From NCBI GenBank assembly GCA_002389045.1, contig DGNS01000015.1:196217-260216 (forward strand): a stretch of DNA of 64,000 nt, read 5' to 3'. The notes under the pieces are model-generated. The model was not told where the DNA came from. It did not search any database and saw nothing but the letters and a program-made list of their open reading frames with translations. This DNA is from Thiotrichaceae bacterium UBA4486 (lineage in GTDB: Bacteria; Pseudomonadota; Gammaproteobacteria; Eutrophobiales; Eutrophobiaceae). Position 1 is the stretch's first letter, and every line of letters begins with the position of its first letter. Positions 1 to 8,254 of the stretch are shown here, in pieces. Both the position numbers and the translations under genes were made by a program.

Positions 1-1566
1 AATTAATAATTTTTTATCAATGTGATCTGAGTCTGCCAGTGCAAGTTTAATGGAATAAAGATAGTCTGAGGAATCACGTTCAAATATATTTTCGTCTTGA
101 AGAAAGTTCTCAACGTGCTTACGTATTTTATCATTAATTTCATGGGGCAATTCGATAAGATTTCTAGAAACATAGTCTTTAATTGCATCATTGATTCTTA
201 TAAATTCACCTTCGTTACCAAAGTATTCAGCTATATTTTCTACAACTAAATTATCTATGATTGGAAAATATTTATTTTCATCGAGGATATCAAATACAAA
301 ATCTAAACTTATCAAGTCAAACTGAGATAATAATACTATTAATAAGTAAATTTCTTTATCATCCTCATAATCTTTTATAAATTTAGAAACCTTTTCTTCA
401 TTAAATTCAGCTAACTGAAATGACTCTTTTTTCGCTTGATGTAGTTTTAGCTCGCTTATTAGAGATACACAAAATAGAATTTGATCTGGGAAGCCAGTCA
501 GTTGTGCTGCAAAATATTCAAAGTCATCCCTTGTTAATGATATGTCTTCAATTTCTAGAAGCTTTGAGAAAAGTCTTTTTCTCTCAGATACTGTAAATTC
601 TGGTATACTAATACAAAATATATGATCATAGTTATATTTTCTATTGAATTTTAGATTTCGTCTGCTGGCTACACATAAAATAATATGATTAGGGATCTTG
701 CTGCTTACAATAGACTCATAAAACCATGCGGCTACTTCACCTCTATAGTCCACCACGCAACCATTGTCTAAGATCAGAATTATTTCATCGTTATCACATA
801 CGGATTTTAGTAGTTTTACAACGATTTTCTTTTTGTCTTCTATATCCTTTTCTAATAAGTTTTCTAGTCCAGCGCCAAGATCAATAAGACCAAGATCATT
901 TAATTTTAGTATAAAATCTTCAATGCTATCGTTTCTGTCTAGATAAATAGTCGGAAAAACATACGACTCTCTAACCGCATGTGTTTTTGAAAGTGCATTC
1001 TTTAAAAATGTTCGACGTCCAATTGATTGCAGTCCTGACGTGAAAATACAATTAGGTTTTGGAAGCTCATGGTCGTCAATCCGTATTTCAAACTCCTCTA
1101 ATTTGTCGTTTCTTCCAATAAAAAGCTTTTTTCTTTCATCAAGTTTTGGATGATGAGCTAAAGAAATTTGGCGTAGTTTTCCATGTATTCGCCTCGCAGC
1201 AACACTTGGCCTTGATATCTTTTTCAAATTATATTCATCCCTCATCCATTGAGGGATCCGGCCATCAGAATAATTTGTGTCATCGATTATTATGGGATAT
1301 ATCTTTTTCCTTAGATCTTTCTCCAATATTTTTTCAACGGCTAATATTTCTTTTTTCACCCATTCTGACTCAAGAGAGGCTTGAGATATGAAAAAAACAA
1401 ATAACTGCGTTTGGTCAAGTCCCCTTAATATTTCTTCAATTGTTTTGCATCCTTCTTCAAACGTAATTTCATCATACTCAATATTATCTTTGCCTAAATT
1501 GTTCGCAACTATTCTCACATATGATTCTTTATCTTTACTAGAATGAGAAAGAAAAGCTCGAATCAT
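1..1566 (-). CDS. TIR domain::STAND (NB-ARC-like) NTPase, 5'-partial relative to the window (the C-terminal part runs off the left edge). ATG at 1566, no stop through position 1, at least 522 aa.
   Basis: I translated the minus strand by hand from the ATG at 1566..1564 to position 1 and found 522 sense codons with no stop. The ORF is missing from the supplied track because it has no in-window stop. The N-terminus reads MIRAFLSHSSKDKE...FFISQASLESEWVKKEIL, which is the TIR hallmark (FxSHSxxDK start, SxWxxxEL motif with the conserved glutamate). Downstream there is a degenerate P-loop TSGLQSIGRRTFL, a Walker B-like EIILILDNG, an hhhCVASRR sensor motif and a GFPDQ GxP-like motif, i.e. a STAND NTPase. 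The island is about 35% GC against about 60% in the flanking core. Confidence 0.65.
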   Translation of the reverse strand, partial: MIRAFLSHSSKDKESYVRIVANNLGKDNIEYDEITFEEGCKTIEEILRGLDQTQLFVFFISQASLESEWVKKEILAVEKILEKDLRKKIYPIIIDDTNYSDGRIPQWMRDEYNLKKISRPSVAARRIHGKLRQISLAHHPKLDERKKLFIGRNDKLEEFEIRIDDHELPKPNCIFTSGLQSIGRRTFLKNALSKTHAVRESYVFPTIYLDRNDSIEDFILKLNDLGLIDLGAGLENLLEKDIEDKKKIVVKLLKSVCDNDEIILILDNGCVVDYRGEVAAWFYESIVSSKIPNHIILCVASRRNLKFNRKYNYDHIFCISIPEFTVSERKRLFSKLLEIEDISLTRDDFEYFAAQLTGFPDQILFCVSLISELKLHQAKKESFQLAEFNEEKVSKFIKDYEDDKEIYLLIVLLSQFDLISLDFVFDILDENKYFPIIDNLVVENIAEYFGNEGEFIRINDAIKDYVSRNLIELPHEINDKIRKHVENFLQDENIFERDSSDYLYSIKLALADSDHIDKKLLI

Positions 1567-1627
1567 TTTTTAAGAACCTAGTGTTAGAAGCTGTTTAGTA
1601 TATGTTGGATTATAAATAAATTACCTG

Positions 1628-1662
1628 TCAGAAAAAACCGCAGTGATATTTCCCCCACTGCG
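1628..1662 (-). terminator. Rho-independent terminator of the molybdopterin oxidoreductase gene, sitting at the island/core boundary.
   Basis: An 8-bp inverted repeat CCGCAGTG(1637-1644)/CACTGCGG(1655-1662) with a 10-nt loop is preceded on the plus strand by AAAAAAA (1630-1636), which reads as a T-run after the hairpin on the minus strand. It lies immediately downstream of the minus-strand stop at 1711. Confidence 0.6.
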
Positions 1663-1710
1663 GCCCTTTACCCTTAACTGCGTTCTCCCTTCTGTTGTTT
1701 CATAGTTCTC

Positions 1711-3834
1711 CTATGTGGCAGCTTCCACCTGCACCAGGTTATCGAAGAACGACGGGGCGTTGCCCATTTCGATAAACTCGGCGGAACTGGTGATGTTTAC
1801 CGTGCCCTTGTTGAGTTGGCGCCAGTAACCGAGTGTGGCAACTACCACGCCGGGGTTGGTGTCGTCGGTGACATGGGCCACGCCTTCAAATGTGCCGCGG
1901 TCGTTGAACACCTTGACGTTGTCGCCTTCTTTCACGCCTCTCGCATCGGCATCTGCCGGGTTGATTAGCACGAACTGTGCGCCCTGCTCTTTCTGCTTGC
2001 CTTCCATGTTCGCGTAGCACGAATTCAGGAACGCGTGGCTCTTCGGTGTGACGATGTTGAGTGGATATTTCTTCGCCAGTTCCGGGTTGGTTTCCGGGCG
2101 TTCGTTCGGCGGCAGGTAATCCGGCAGTGGATCGATGTCCTGGCCCGGTTGCATGCCCTCGTACATCTGCCGGAACGGCGGGGCGACGAAGTTCTTCGCG
2201 CCGTCGACTCGGAAGTGGCACTTGCCGGTTTCCGTCGGGAAGTTGCCTTCCTTGTGCGGGCAACGTTCGTCCTTGCTGCCAACGTTCAAGCGGGCAAAGC
2301 CGTCTTCACGCAGGGAGTCCAGCGTGATGCCTTCACAGGCCGGGGCGTCCCAGTCGATGAAGTTTTCCAGGCATTCGGAGTCGGACCATTTCAGGCGCTC
2401 CTCGTCGTAGCCCATCTTCTCGGCCAGGCGGCGGAAGATCTCGTTGTTGGACAAACATTCGCCGGGGGCGTCGGTGCACTTGGTGTTGTAGGTCAGGTAC
2501 AGGTGACCCCAGGAGAGGATGATGTCTTCCATCTCCGCGCCCATGGTCGCCGGCAACACGATGTCGGCATAGGATGCGGTGTCGGAAATGAAATGTTCCG
2601 CCGCGACGTGGAACAGGTCTTCGCGTTCCAGGCCTTTCACCACCTTGTCGGCCTCGGGCGATTGCGTCACCGGGTTGGAGTTCCAGGTCATGATGGACTT
2701 GATCGGTGTCTTCAGTGGCAACTCACCGGTCAGGCCGCGGCCCAGTTGTAATATGTTGACCACCTGCGTGCCTTCGGGGATCCAGTCCGGGCGGCAGATG
2801 ACGTCGAACTTGTAGGGATGTTCCCACACCGGGAACTGGGTAACGCCGCCGCCGACGTGACGCCAGGCGCCGGTCAGTGCCGGGATGGAGGTGACGGCAC
2901 GGATGGTCTGGCCGCCGCCCTGATGGCGTTCCAGTGCCACGCCCATGCGGATGGCCGCCGGTTGTTCGGTGGCCAGTTCCTTTGCGAATTGTCGGATGTC
3001 ATCGGCAGGTACGCCGGTGATGTCCTCGGCCCATTCCGGGGTGTGTTTTTTCACGTGCTCGGCCAGGTCCTCGTAGCCGACGGTGTAGTTGTCGACGTAG
3101 TCCTTATCGACAAGACCCTGTTCGATGATGCTGTGGATCACCGCCATGGCCAGTGCGCCGTCGGTGGCCGGTTTCGGGGCGATGTGCCAGTCGGCCTGCT
3201 TGGCGGTGCGCGACTTGTAGGTATCGATGACCACCACTTTCGCACCGCGTTTTTTCGCATCCATGACGATATGCCAGTGGTGCAGGTTGGTGCTCATGGA
3301 GTTACACGCCCAGATGACGATGTATTTGGAATGAATGTAGCTTTCCGGATCGACGCCGGCAGTGGGGCCGACGGTTAATAACCATGCCGTGCAGGAACCT
3401 TCACCGCAGTAGGTGCGCTCGCACACCGTGGCGCCCATGCGGTTGAAAAAGGCGTCGCCGCCGTTGAGGCCGTGCACCAGGCCCTGGTGGCCAAGGTAGC
3501 TGGCCGGCATGATGGCCTGCGGGCCGTCTTCTTCTATGATCTGTTTCCACTTCGTGGCGATGGTGTCCAGCGCCTCGTCCCAGGTGATTTGTTCGAACTG
3601 CTTCGAACCCTTGGGGCCGACCCGCTTCATGGGATGGTGGATGCGGTCGGCATGGTAGTGGCGTTTTTCGTAATCTTTCAGTTTGACGCACAGGCCTCCG
3701 CGCGTCATGGGGTGTTCTTTATTGCCGCGAACGCCGGTCAGTTTGCCGTTCTCCACCTCGAAGACCATGGAACAGGTGTCGGGACAATCATGCGGGCAAC
3801 CGCCGTGGAATTCTTCTTTGATTACTGCAGCCAT
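1711..3834 (-). CDS. Molybdopterin (bis-MGD) oxidoreductase family catalytic subunit, cytoplasmic type, with an N-terminal Cys cluster consistent with a 4Fe-4S site.
   Basis: 707 aa. The N-terminal Cys cluster is GGCPHDCPDTC...C. Overall similarity is to the DMSO reductase / formate dehydrogenase / assimilatory nitrate reductase superfamily. A GAGGAG Shine-Dalgarno lies 8 nt upstream of the ATG. No Tat signal is present. Confidence 0.7.
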   Translation of the reverse strand: MAAVIKEEFHGGCPHDCPDTCSMVFEVENGKLTGVRGNKEHPMTRGGLCVKLKDYEKRHYHADRIHHPMKRVGPKGSKQFEQITWDEALDTIATKWKQIIEEDGPQAIMPASYLGHQGLVHGLNGGDAFFNRMGATVCERTYCGEGSCTAWLLTVGPTAGVDPESYIHSKYIVIWACNSMSTNLHHWHIVMDAKKRGAKVVVIDTYKSRTAKQADWHIAPKPATDGALAMAVIHSIIEQGLVDKDYVDNYTVGYEDLAEHVKKHTPEWAEDITGVPADDIRQFAKELATEQPAAIRMGVALERHQGGGQTIRAVTSIPALTGAWRHVGGGVTQFPVWEHPYKFDVICRPDWIPEGTQVVNILQLGRGLTGELPLKTPIKSIMTWNSNPVTQSPEADKVVKGLEREDLFHVAAEHFISDTASYADIVLPATMGAEMEDIILSWGHLYLTYNTKCTDAPGECLSNNEIFRRLAEKMGYDEERLKWSDSECLENFIDWDAPACEGITLDSLREDGFARLNVGSKDERCPHKEGNFPTETGKCHFRVDGAKNFVAPPFRQMYEGMQPGQDIDPLPDYLPPNERPETNPELAKKYPLNIVTPKSHAFLNSCYANMEGKQKEQGAQFVLINPADADARGVKEGDNVKVFNDRGTFEGVAHVTDDTNPGVVVATLGYWRQLNKGTVNITSSAEFIEMGNAPSFFDNLVQVEAAT

Positions 3835-3939
3835 CGTAAAGTCTCCTCATTCTCAGCTCATCGGTAAAGTGATGGTCTCACGACCCGAGTCGTCGGCAGG
3901 TGATTACGTCGGCTTGGTTCCGGTTGTGTTCTGCTGGTG

Positions 3940-4600
3940 ATGACTGGATTCCGGTCTCCGCCGGAATGACGTCAAAGAACACCGGGTTGACGTCAAAGAA
4001 CTTGCCTGCCGAACTCTCGACCCTGAGACCTGTTCTTTGAAATAGTTATGGGCCCTAGACTAGTCCTTTTTGGGATAAAGGTCGACAGACATTGGCGGGA
4101 AAAACGCTTGTTTGACTGGATTCCCGCCTTCGCGGGAATGACGAATGGGGAGATTTCAAAGTCGGATGTCGTCATGCCAGACTCGTTCTGGCATCCAGTC
4201 AATTCATGTCACTCTCGCAGAGTCGCAAAGCCCGCCAAGTAACCATTTCATCTACTTCGCGCCTTGGCGCCTTGGCGAGAATACCGTTATTGAAAGGTGT
4301 TTCGTCTATCGGGTAAGACTGGATTCCGTGTGTGCGAAGCCTGCCCTTGGGGTGCAAGCCCGGAATGACGAATGGGGAGATTTCAAAGTCGGATGTCGTC
4401 ATGCCAGACTCGTTCTGGCATCCAGTGAAAGAATGCCCGCCGCAGGCGGGACTTGTAATACTGGATTCCCGCCTTCGCGGGAATGACGAAGGTTTGTCAT
4501 TTCGAGCGCAGCGAGAAATCTGGTCTGTCCGTGCCAGATCCCTCACCAGCTCCCTCGCTACGCTTCGGGACAAGGCTCGGGATGACAGTTGAGGCGAATG
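3940..4600. repeat. Cluster of REP/MITE-like palindromic intergenic repeats. A ~70-bp unit (...GGAATGACGAATGGGGAGATTTCAAAGTCGGATGTCGTCATGCCAGACTCGTTCTGGCATCCAGT) is present twice at about 4126-4200 and 4361-4430, with further palindromic units around it.
   Basis: Direct sequence comparison shows two near-identical ~70-bp copies. Palindromic units of the type CTGGATTCCCGCCTTCGCGGGAATGACG occur several times, plus a GTCATTTCGAGCGCAGCGAGAAATC unit and a CCCTCGCTACGCTTCGGGACAAGGCTCGGGATGACAG unit related to the palindrome at 43207. The ORFs in this region (4048..4242, 4145..4486, 4199..4573, 4332..4592) are repeat-encoded artefacts. Confidence 0.6.
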
Positions 4601-4606
4601 ACCGGT

Positions 4607-5137
4607 TCAGCCGTCCTTGCTCACGCTACCCGGCTTTTTCAGCTTGCGGGTTTTCTTGCGCGATTCGGCGGACATCTCGTCCTTGTAGGCGCTGAGCTTG
4701 TCCTGCAGTTTTTTATCGTTGGTAGCGAGGATCTCCGCGGCCAGCAGCCCGGCGTTCTTGCCGCCGCCGATGGCGACGGTCGCAACCGGAACGCCGCCCG
4801 GCATCTGGGCGATGGAAAGCAGCGAATCGAGACCTTTCAACGCCTTGCTTTCAATGGGCACACCGATCACCGGCAGCACGGTGTGGCTGGCGACCATGCC
4901 CGGCAGGTGCGCGGCGCCGCCGGCACCGGCGATGATGACTTTCAATCCCTTCTTTAATGCACCGCGTGCGTAGCGGCTCATGTCCATGGGCGTGCGGTGG
5001 GCGGAAACCACTTTTACCTCGTGCGGGATGTTGAACTGCTCGCAGACTTTCGCGGCCTGTTCCATGGTCGGCCAGTCGGAGTCCGAGCCCATGATGATGC
5101 CGACAAGAGGCGTTTTCTTACTGGTTGCCATATTCAT
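4607..5137 (-). CDS. purE: N5-carboxyaminoimidazole ribonucleotide mutase (PurE)
   Basis: 176 aa. The motifs [13 protein letters not shown] and [12 protein letters not shown] are typical of class I PurE. Its start overlaps the purK stop (ATGA). Confidence 0.9.
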   Translation of the reverse strand: MNMATSKKTPLVGIIMGSDSDWPTMEQAAKVCEQFNIPHEVKVVSAHRTPMDMSRYARGALKKGLKVIIAGAGGAAHLPGMVASHTVLPVIGVPIESKALKGLDSLLSIAQMPGGVPVATVAIGGGKNAGLLAAEILATNDKKLQDKLSAYKDEMSAESRKKTRKLKKPGSVSKDG

Positions 5138-6384
5138 TAGTCCCCGAACTGTATCAGGCCGGCGGCGCGGGTGGCGAGACTTTCCGCCGTGCCGAGATCA
5201 TCGGCCGTGACGGTGAGGTGGCCCATCTTGCGGCCGGGGCGGCTTTCGCTTTTACCGTATATGTGCACGTGCGTGCCCGGGATCTCCAGGGCCTTGTCGA
5301 TGCCGTGCGGCGTACCGCTGCCGCTGCCCTCGCCGAGCAGGTTGACCATGACGGCGGCCGGGGTTTTCATCTGGGACGAACCCAGTGGCCAGCCGAGTAC
5401 GGCGCGGACGTGATTTTCAAACTGCGAACAGTCGCAGGCCTCGATGGTGTAATGGCCGGAGTTATGCACGCGCGGCGCCATTTCGTTCAACAGGATTTCA
5501 TTGTTGTCAGTTAAAAACATTTCCACGCCAATGGTACCGGTGCCATCGATGGCTTCCACGGCGCGAATGGCAAAGTCGCGTGCGGCGTCCTGCAGTTCCT
5601 GCGGTATCGCGGCGGGCGCGCGCACGATGTGGCAGATGTGATCTTTCTGGATGGATTCCACCACCGGGTAGGTGGCGGTCTCGCCCGTGCGTGAACGGGT
5701 CACCATGATGGCCAGTTCCATGGTGAAGGGACAAAACGCCTCGACGTATAAATCGCGGTTATCGCCGTCGAGCTTGTCCCAGGCCGCATCGATATCGGCG
5801 ACGCCGTTGAGGGTGGCATTGCCCTTGCCGTCATAAGCGTTGCGGCGTGCTTTCAACACCAGCGGCCAGCCGAAGTCAGCGGCGATGGTTTCGATCTCGG
5901 TGCGGTTCGTGACACTGCGGAATTGCGGCATGGGCAGACCGGCGGCGGACAGGGTTTGTTTCTGGATCAGCTTGTCCTGCACCAGGCCGATGGATTTCGA
6001 GGACGGGTACAACGCGTGCCCGGCGTCTTCCAGTCTGGCCAGGGCGTGGGCATCGACGAACTCGTTTTCCAGTGTCAGGTAGTCCACAACCACGGCCAGT
6101 TTCAGCAGTTCGTCGGGATCGTTCCAGTCACCGGTTAGCGCCGTGCTGGCCAGTGGTGCGGCGGGACAATCGGCGCTTTTTTCAATAAGGCTGACATCGC
6201 AGCCGAGTTGCCGGGCCGACACGGCGGTCATCTTGGCGAGCTGGCCGCCGCCGATGATGCCGATGCGCGGGCACACGGCAGGTCTGGCTACTGCCCCGGG
6301 TGATTCGATGATTGTCGGTGATGTGCTGTTCATGGTTGATGCTAATCTGACAGCCGTTGGCCGGAAAACCGGCGATTTTAGCAC
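5137..6384 (-). CDS. purK: N5-carboxyaminoimidazole ribonucleotide synthase (PurK, ATP-grasp). The start is uncertain: a GTG at 6384, or an ATG at 6333 giving about 398 aa.
   Basis: The [13 protein letters not shown]-loop-like N-terminus and ATP-grasp body match PurK. Translational coupling with purE. Confidence 0.85.
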   Translation of the reverse strand: MLKSPVFRPTAVRLASTMNSTSPTIIESPGAVARPAVCPRIGIIGGGQLAKMTAVSARQLGCDVSLIEKSADCPAAPLASTALTGDWNDPDELLKLAVVVDYLTLENEFVDAHALARLEDAGHALYPSSKSIGLVQDKLIQKQTLSAAGLPMPQFRSVTNRTEIETIAADFGWPLVLKARRNAYDGKGNATLNGVADIDAAWDKLDGDNRDLYVEAFCPFTMELAIMVTRSRTGETATYPVVESIQKDHICHIVRAPAAIPQELQDAARDFAIRAVEAIDGTGTIGVEMFLTDNNEILLNEMAPRVHNSGHYTIEACDCSQFENHVRAVLGWPLGSSQMKTPAAVMVNLLGEGSGSGTPHGIDKALEIPGTHVHIYGKSESRPGRKMGHLTVTADDLGTAESLATRAAGLIQFGD

Positions 6385-6491
6385 ATTGGTGGCTGATTAC
6401 AGGTGCGTAAAGGCGCTTTTTTGACAGGATTTCAGCTTGCCCCGCGCTGAAATGACATCAAAAAGTGGGTTCAGATCTGACTTATCCCCGC

Positions 6492-8054
6492 TCAGGCGGC
6501 GCTGGTGGTGGCTTCGAGCTCCGAGACGCACCTGTTGCGGCCCATGTTCTTGGCTGAATAAAGGGCCATGTCGGCGCGGTGGAAGACCTCATCGGCGTGT
6601 TCATTCATCTTGAATTCGGCGTAACCAATGGAAATGGTAATGGGTACGGACTGGTTATGATGATGGAAATTGCAACGCTCGACCACGTGGCGCAGGTTCT
6701 CGACGGCGATGGCGGCTTCCTCACCGTCGGTTTCCGGCAGTAGCAGCGCAAATTCCTCGCCACCGTAGCGGGCCAGGAAATCCGCTTCGCGGACGTTTTC
6801 ATTGCACACCGTGGCCACGGCCTTGAGGACCTTGTCGCCGGCCTTGTGACCGAACCGATCATTGACCTTCTTGAAATCATCGATGTCGATCAGGGCCAGG
6901 GTCAGGGGTTGACGGTAACGCTGGCTGCGTGCGATTTCCTTTTTCAATTGTTCATCGTAGGCGAGTCGGTTCGGAATGCCGGTGAGGGCGTCACGGTGGG
7001 CATTGAGGTGTACCTCGTTGAGTTTTTCCTTGAGGTTGAGGCTCTCGGATTCCATTTCCTGCAACCGGTGTTTCAACTGCGCAGCCCGCTGGTCGGCGGC
7101 CTCCTGGCGCTGGCGTTCGGTAGTCAGATGCTCATCGAGCGCGGTTTCGAGTTTCGCCATCTGCGCATCGACGCAGGCTTTCAGTTCATCCAGGCTCTGC
7201 GCCTCATCCATTTTCTGATGCAATAAATCGTTTTGTTGGTGGAAATCCCTGTTCAGGGCTTCAGCCTCCATGCAGGAGATCCCCTGCTCCCGTTGTGTGG
7301 CTTCCAGGTGCCGGTACAGTGCACTCAACTGGGCAATAAGCTTGTTCAGATAACGCTGGATGTCATCCAGTTCCTTTTGTAATTGCTCGTGTACGCCGTT
7401 GATGATACTGGTGATCTTCTGGTTGACCGACTTCATGGAGCTGATCTGGTTGAGGCTGATTTGTTCACGAACACGATTCAGCTCCTGCATGGCTTCCCTG
7501 GGCAGCACCAGATGTTCGAGCAGGTTGATCAGGTATTTGTTGCTGTCCTCATCCGTTTGCCGCGCTGTGCATATCAGTTTGACGGTTTTATCTATCAGCT
7601 CCAGGTATTGCTGTTGCTGCTGGTTTTTTTGCGCCTGTTCACGGATAGACAGGATTTCATCATTCAGGTCATCCGGCAATGACAGCCGGTTGAGGAATTC
7701 GGGAAAATAATCGGTGGTTTTTGAGTTCGCTGAGGTAAAACCCGCACGAAGTTTCTCTGAACGTGTGAGGATGACCTCAACGGATTTCTCGATGATGATA
7801 CGGCGTTCATCTTCGCTGCCGGCATGACGCAGGTTGTTTTTCAGTTTGGCGATTTCATCGTCAATATCAGGATCGATGCCGGCAAATGAAAACACCAGTT
7901 TGAGGATGGTTTTTTTCAACTGGTTATGAATCCTGTTCAACTCTGTATCCCGTCTAGATGATTGAATGAGGTTGTCCCGTGCCGGGCTGTTCTCCGGCGC
8001 GCCCTCCGCGTTGCCGGCGTTACCGGACATGGCGGCTTCCCCTGGCGACTGCAT
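6492..8054 (-). CDS. Diguanylate cyclase: N-terminal coiled-coil sensor region plus a C-terminal GGDEF domain with GGEEF active site and RxxD I-site.
   Basis: 520 aa. The motifs LTGIPNRLAYDEQL...RYGGEEFALLLPE are present and an READ I-site lies 5 residues upstream of GGEEF. The N-terminal half is Q/E/L-rich coiled coil. Confidence 0.85.
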   Translation of the reverse strand: MQSPGEAAMSGNAGNAEGAPENSPARDNLIQSSRRDTELNRIHNQLKKTILKLVFSFAGIDPDIDDEIAKLKNNLRHAGSEDERRIIIEKSVEVILTRSEKLRAGFTSANSKTTDYFPEFLNRLSLPDDLNDEILSIREQAQKNQQQQQYLELIDKTVKLICTARQTDEDSNKYLINLLEHLVLPREAMQELNRVREQISLNQISSMKSVNQKITSIINGVHEQLQKELDDIQRYLNKLIAQLSALYRHLEATQREQGISCMEAEALNRDFHQQNDLLHQKMDEAQSLDELKACVDAQMAKLETALDEHLTTERQRQEAADQRAAQLKHRLQEMESESLNLKEKLNEVHLNAHRDALTGIPNRLAYDEQLKKEIARSQRYRQPLTLALIDIDDFKKVNDRFGHKAGDKVLKAVATVCNENVREADFLARYGGEEFALLLPETDGEEAAIAVENLRHVVERCNFHHHNQSVPITISIGYAEFKMNEHADEVFHRADMALYSAKNMGRNRCVSELEATTSAA

Positions 8055-8102
8055 CGAATCCGTTGATTCCTTTTCTCATAATCAACATAAATTCCATTCG
8101 TA

Positions 8103-8150
8103 TTTGAAAAATGACTTACCGGGGATTGCCGCGCCTTACAGCATTATTCC
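8103..8150. repeat. Palindromic hairpin (GGGATTGCCGCGCC...GGCGCGGAATCCC) between the two GGDEF genes. It is REP-like and a possible terminator.
   Basis: A ~13-bp inverted repeat with a ~17-nt loop. It is compositionally related to the GGATTCCCGC...GCGGGAAT units at 3940-4600. Confidence 0.4.
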
Positions 8151-8254
8151 GGGCGCGGAATCCCATTCACAACAGGGTATCGACAGCCGGTGTAAAACCT
8201 TGAGTGTTGTGCGTCAGTTTGGAAAGCTGCCCGGGCGGGACGGTCTGGTGGCAA

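Noticed and set aside
764-1391. Plus-strand ORFs 764..946 and 1146..1391, and minus-strand ORF 3..191 in another frame, inside the AT-rich island
   Set aside because: They lie antisense or out of frame to the 522-codon TIR-STAND reading frame, which has clear domain motifs. Short random ORFs are expected in AT-rich antisense sequence.
1835-3940. Many ORFs overlapping the molybdopterin oxidoreductase gene in other frames or on the other strand (1835..2017, 1886..2263, 2025..2282, 2035..2751, 2061..2327, 2135..2410, 2579..2815, 2818..3378, 3401..3691, 3472..3867, 3683..3940)
   Set aside because: These are GC-rich shadow ORFs. Their translations are low-complexity R/A/G/P-rich with no motifs, whereas the 707-aa minus-strand frame has clear Mo-bisPGD family features.
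4048-4695. ORFs 4048..4242, 4145..4486, 4199..4573, 4332..4592 and 4483..4695 in the oxidoreductase-purE spacer
   Set aside because: They are entirely composed of REP/MITE-like palindromic repeat units. The translations repeat (e.g. GMTNGEISKSDVVMPDSFWHPV appears twice) because the DNA repeats, not because they encode proteins.
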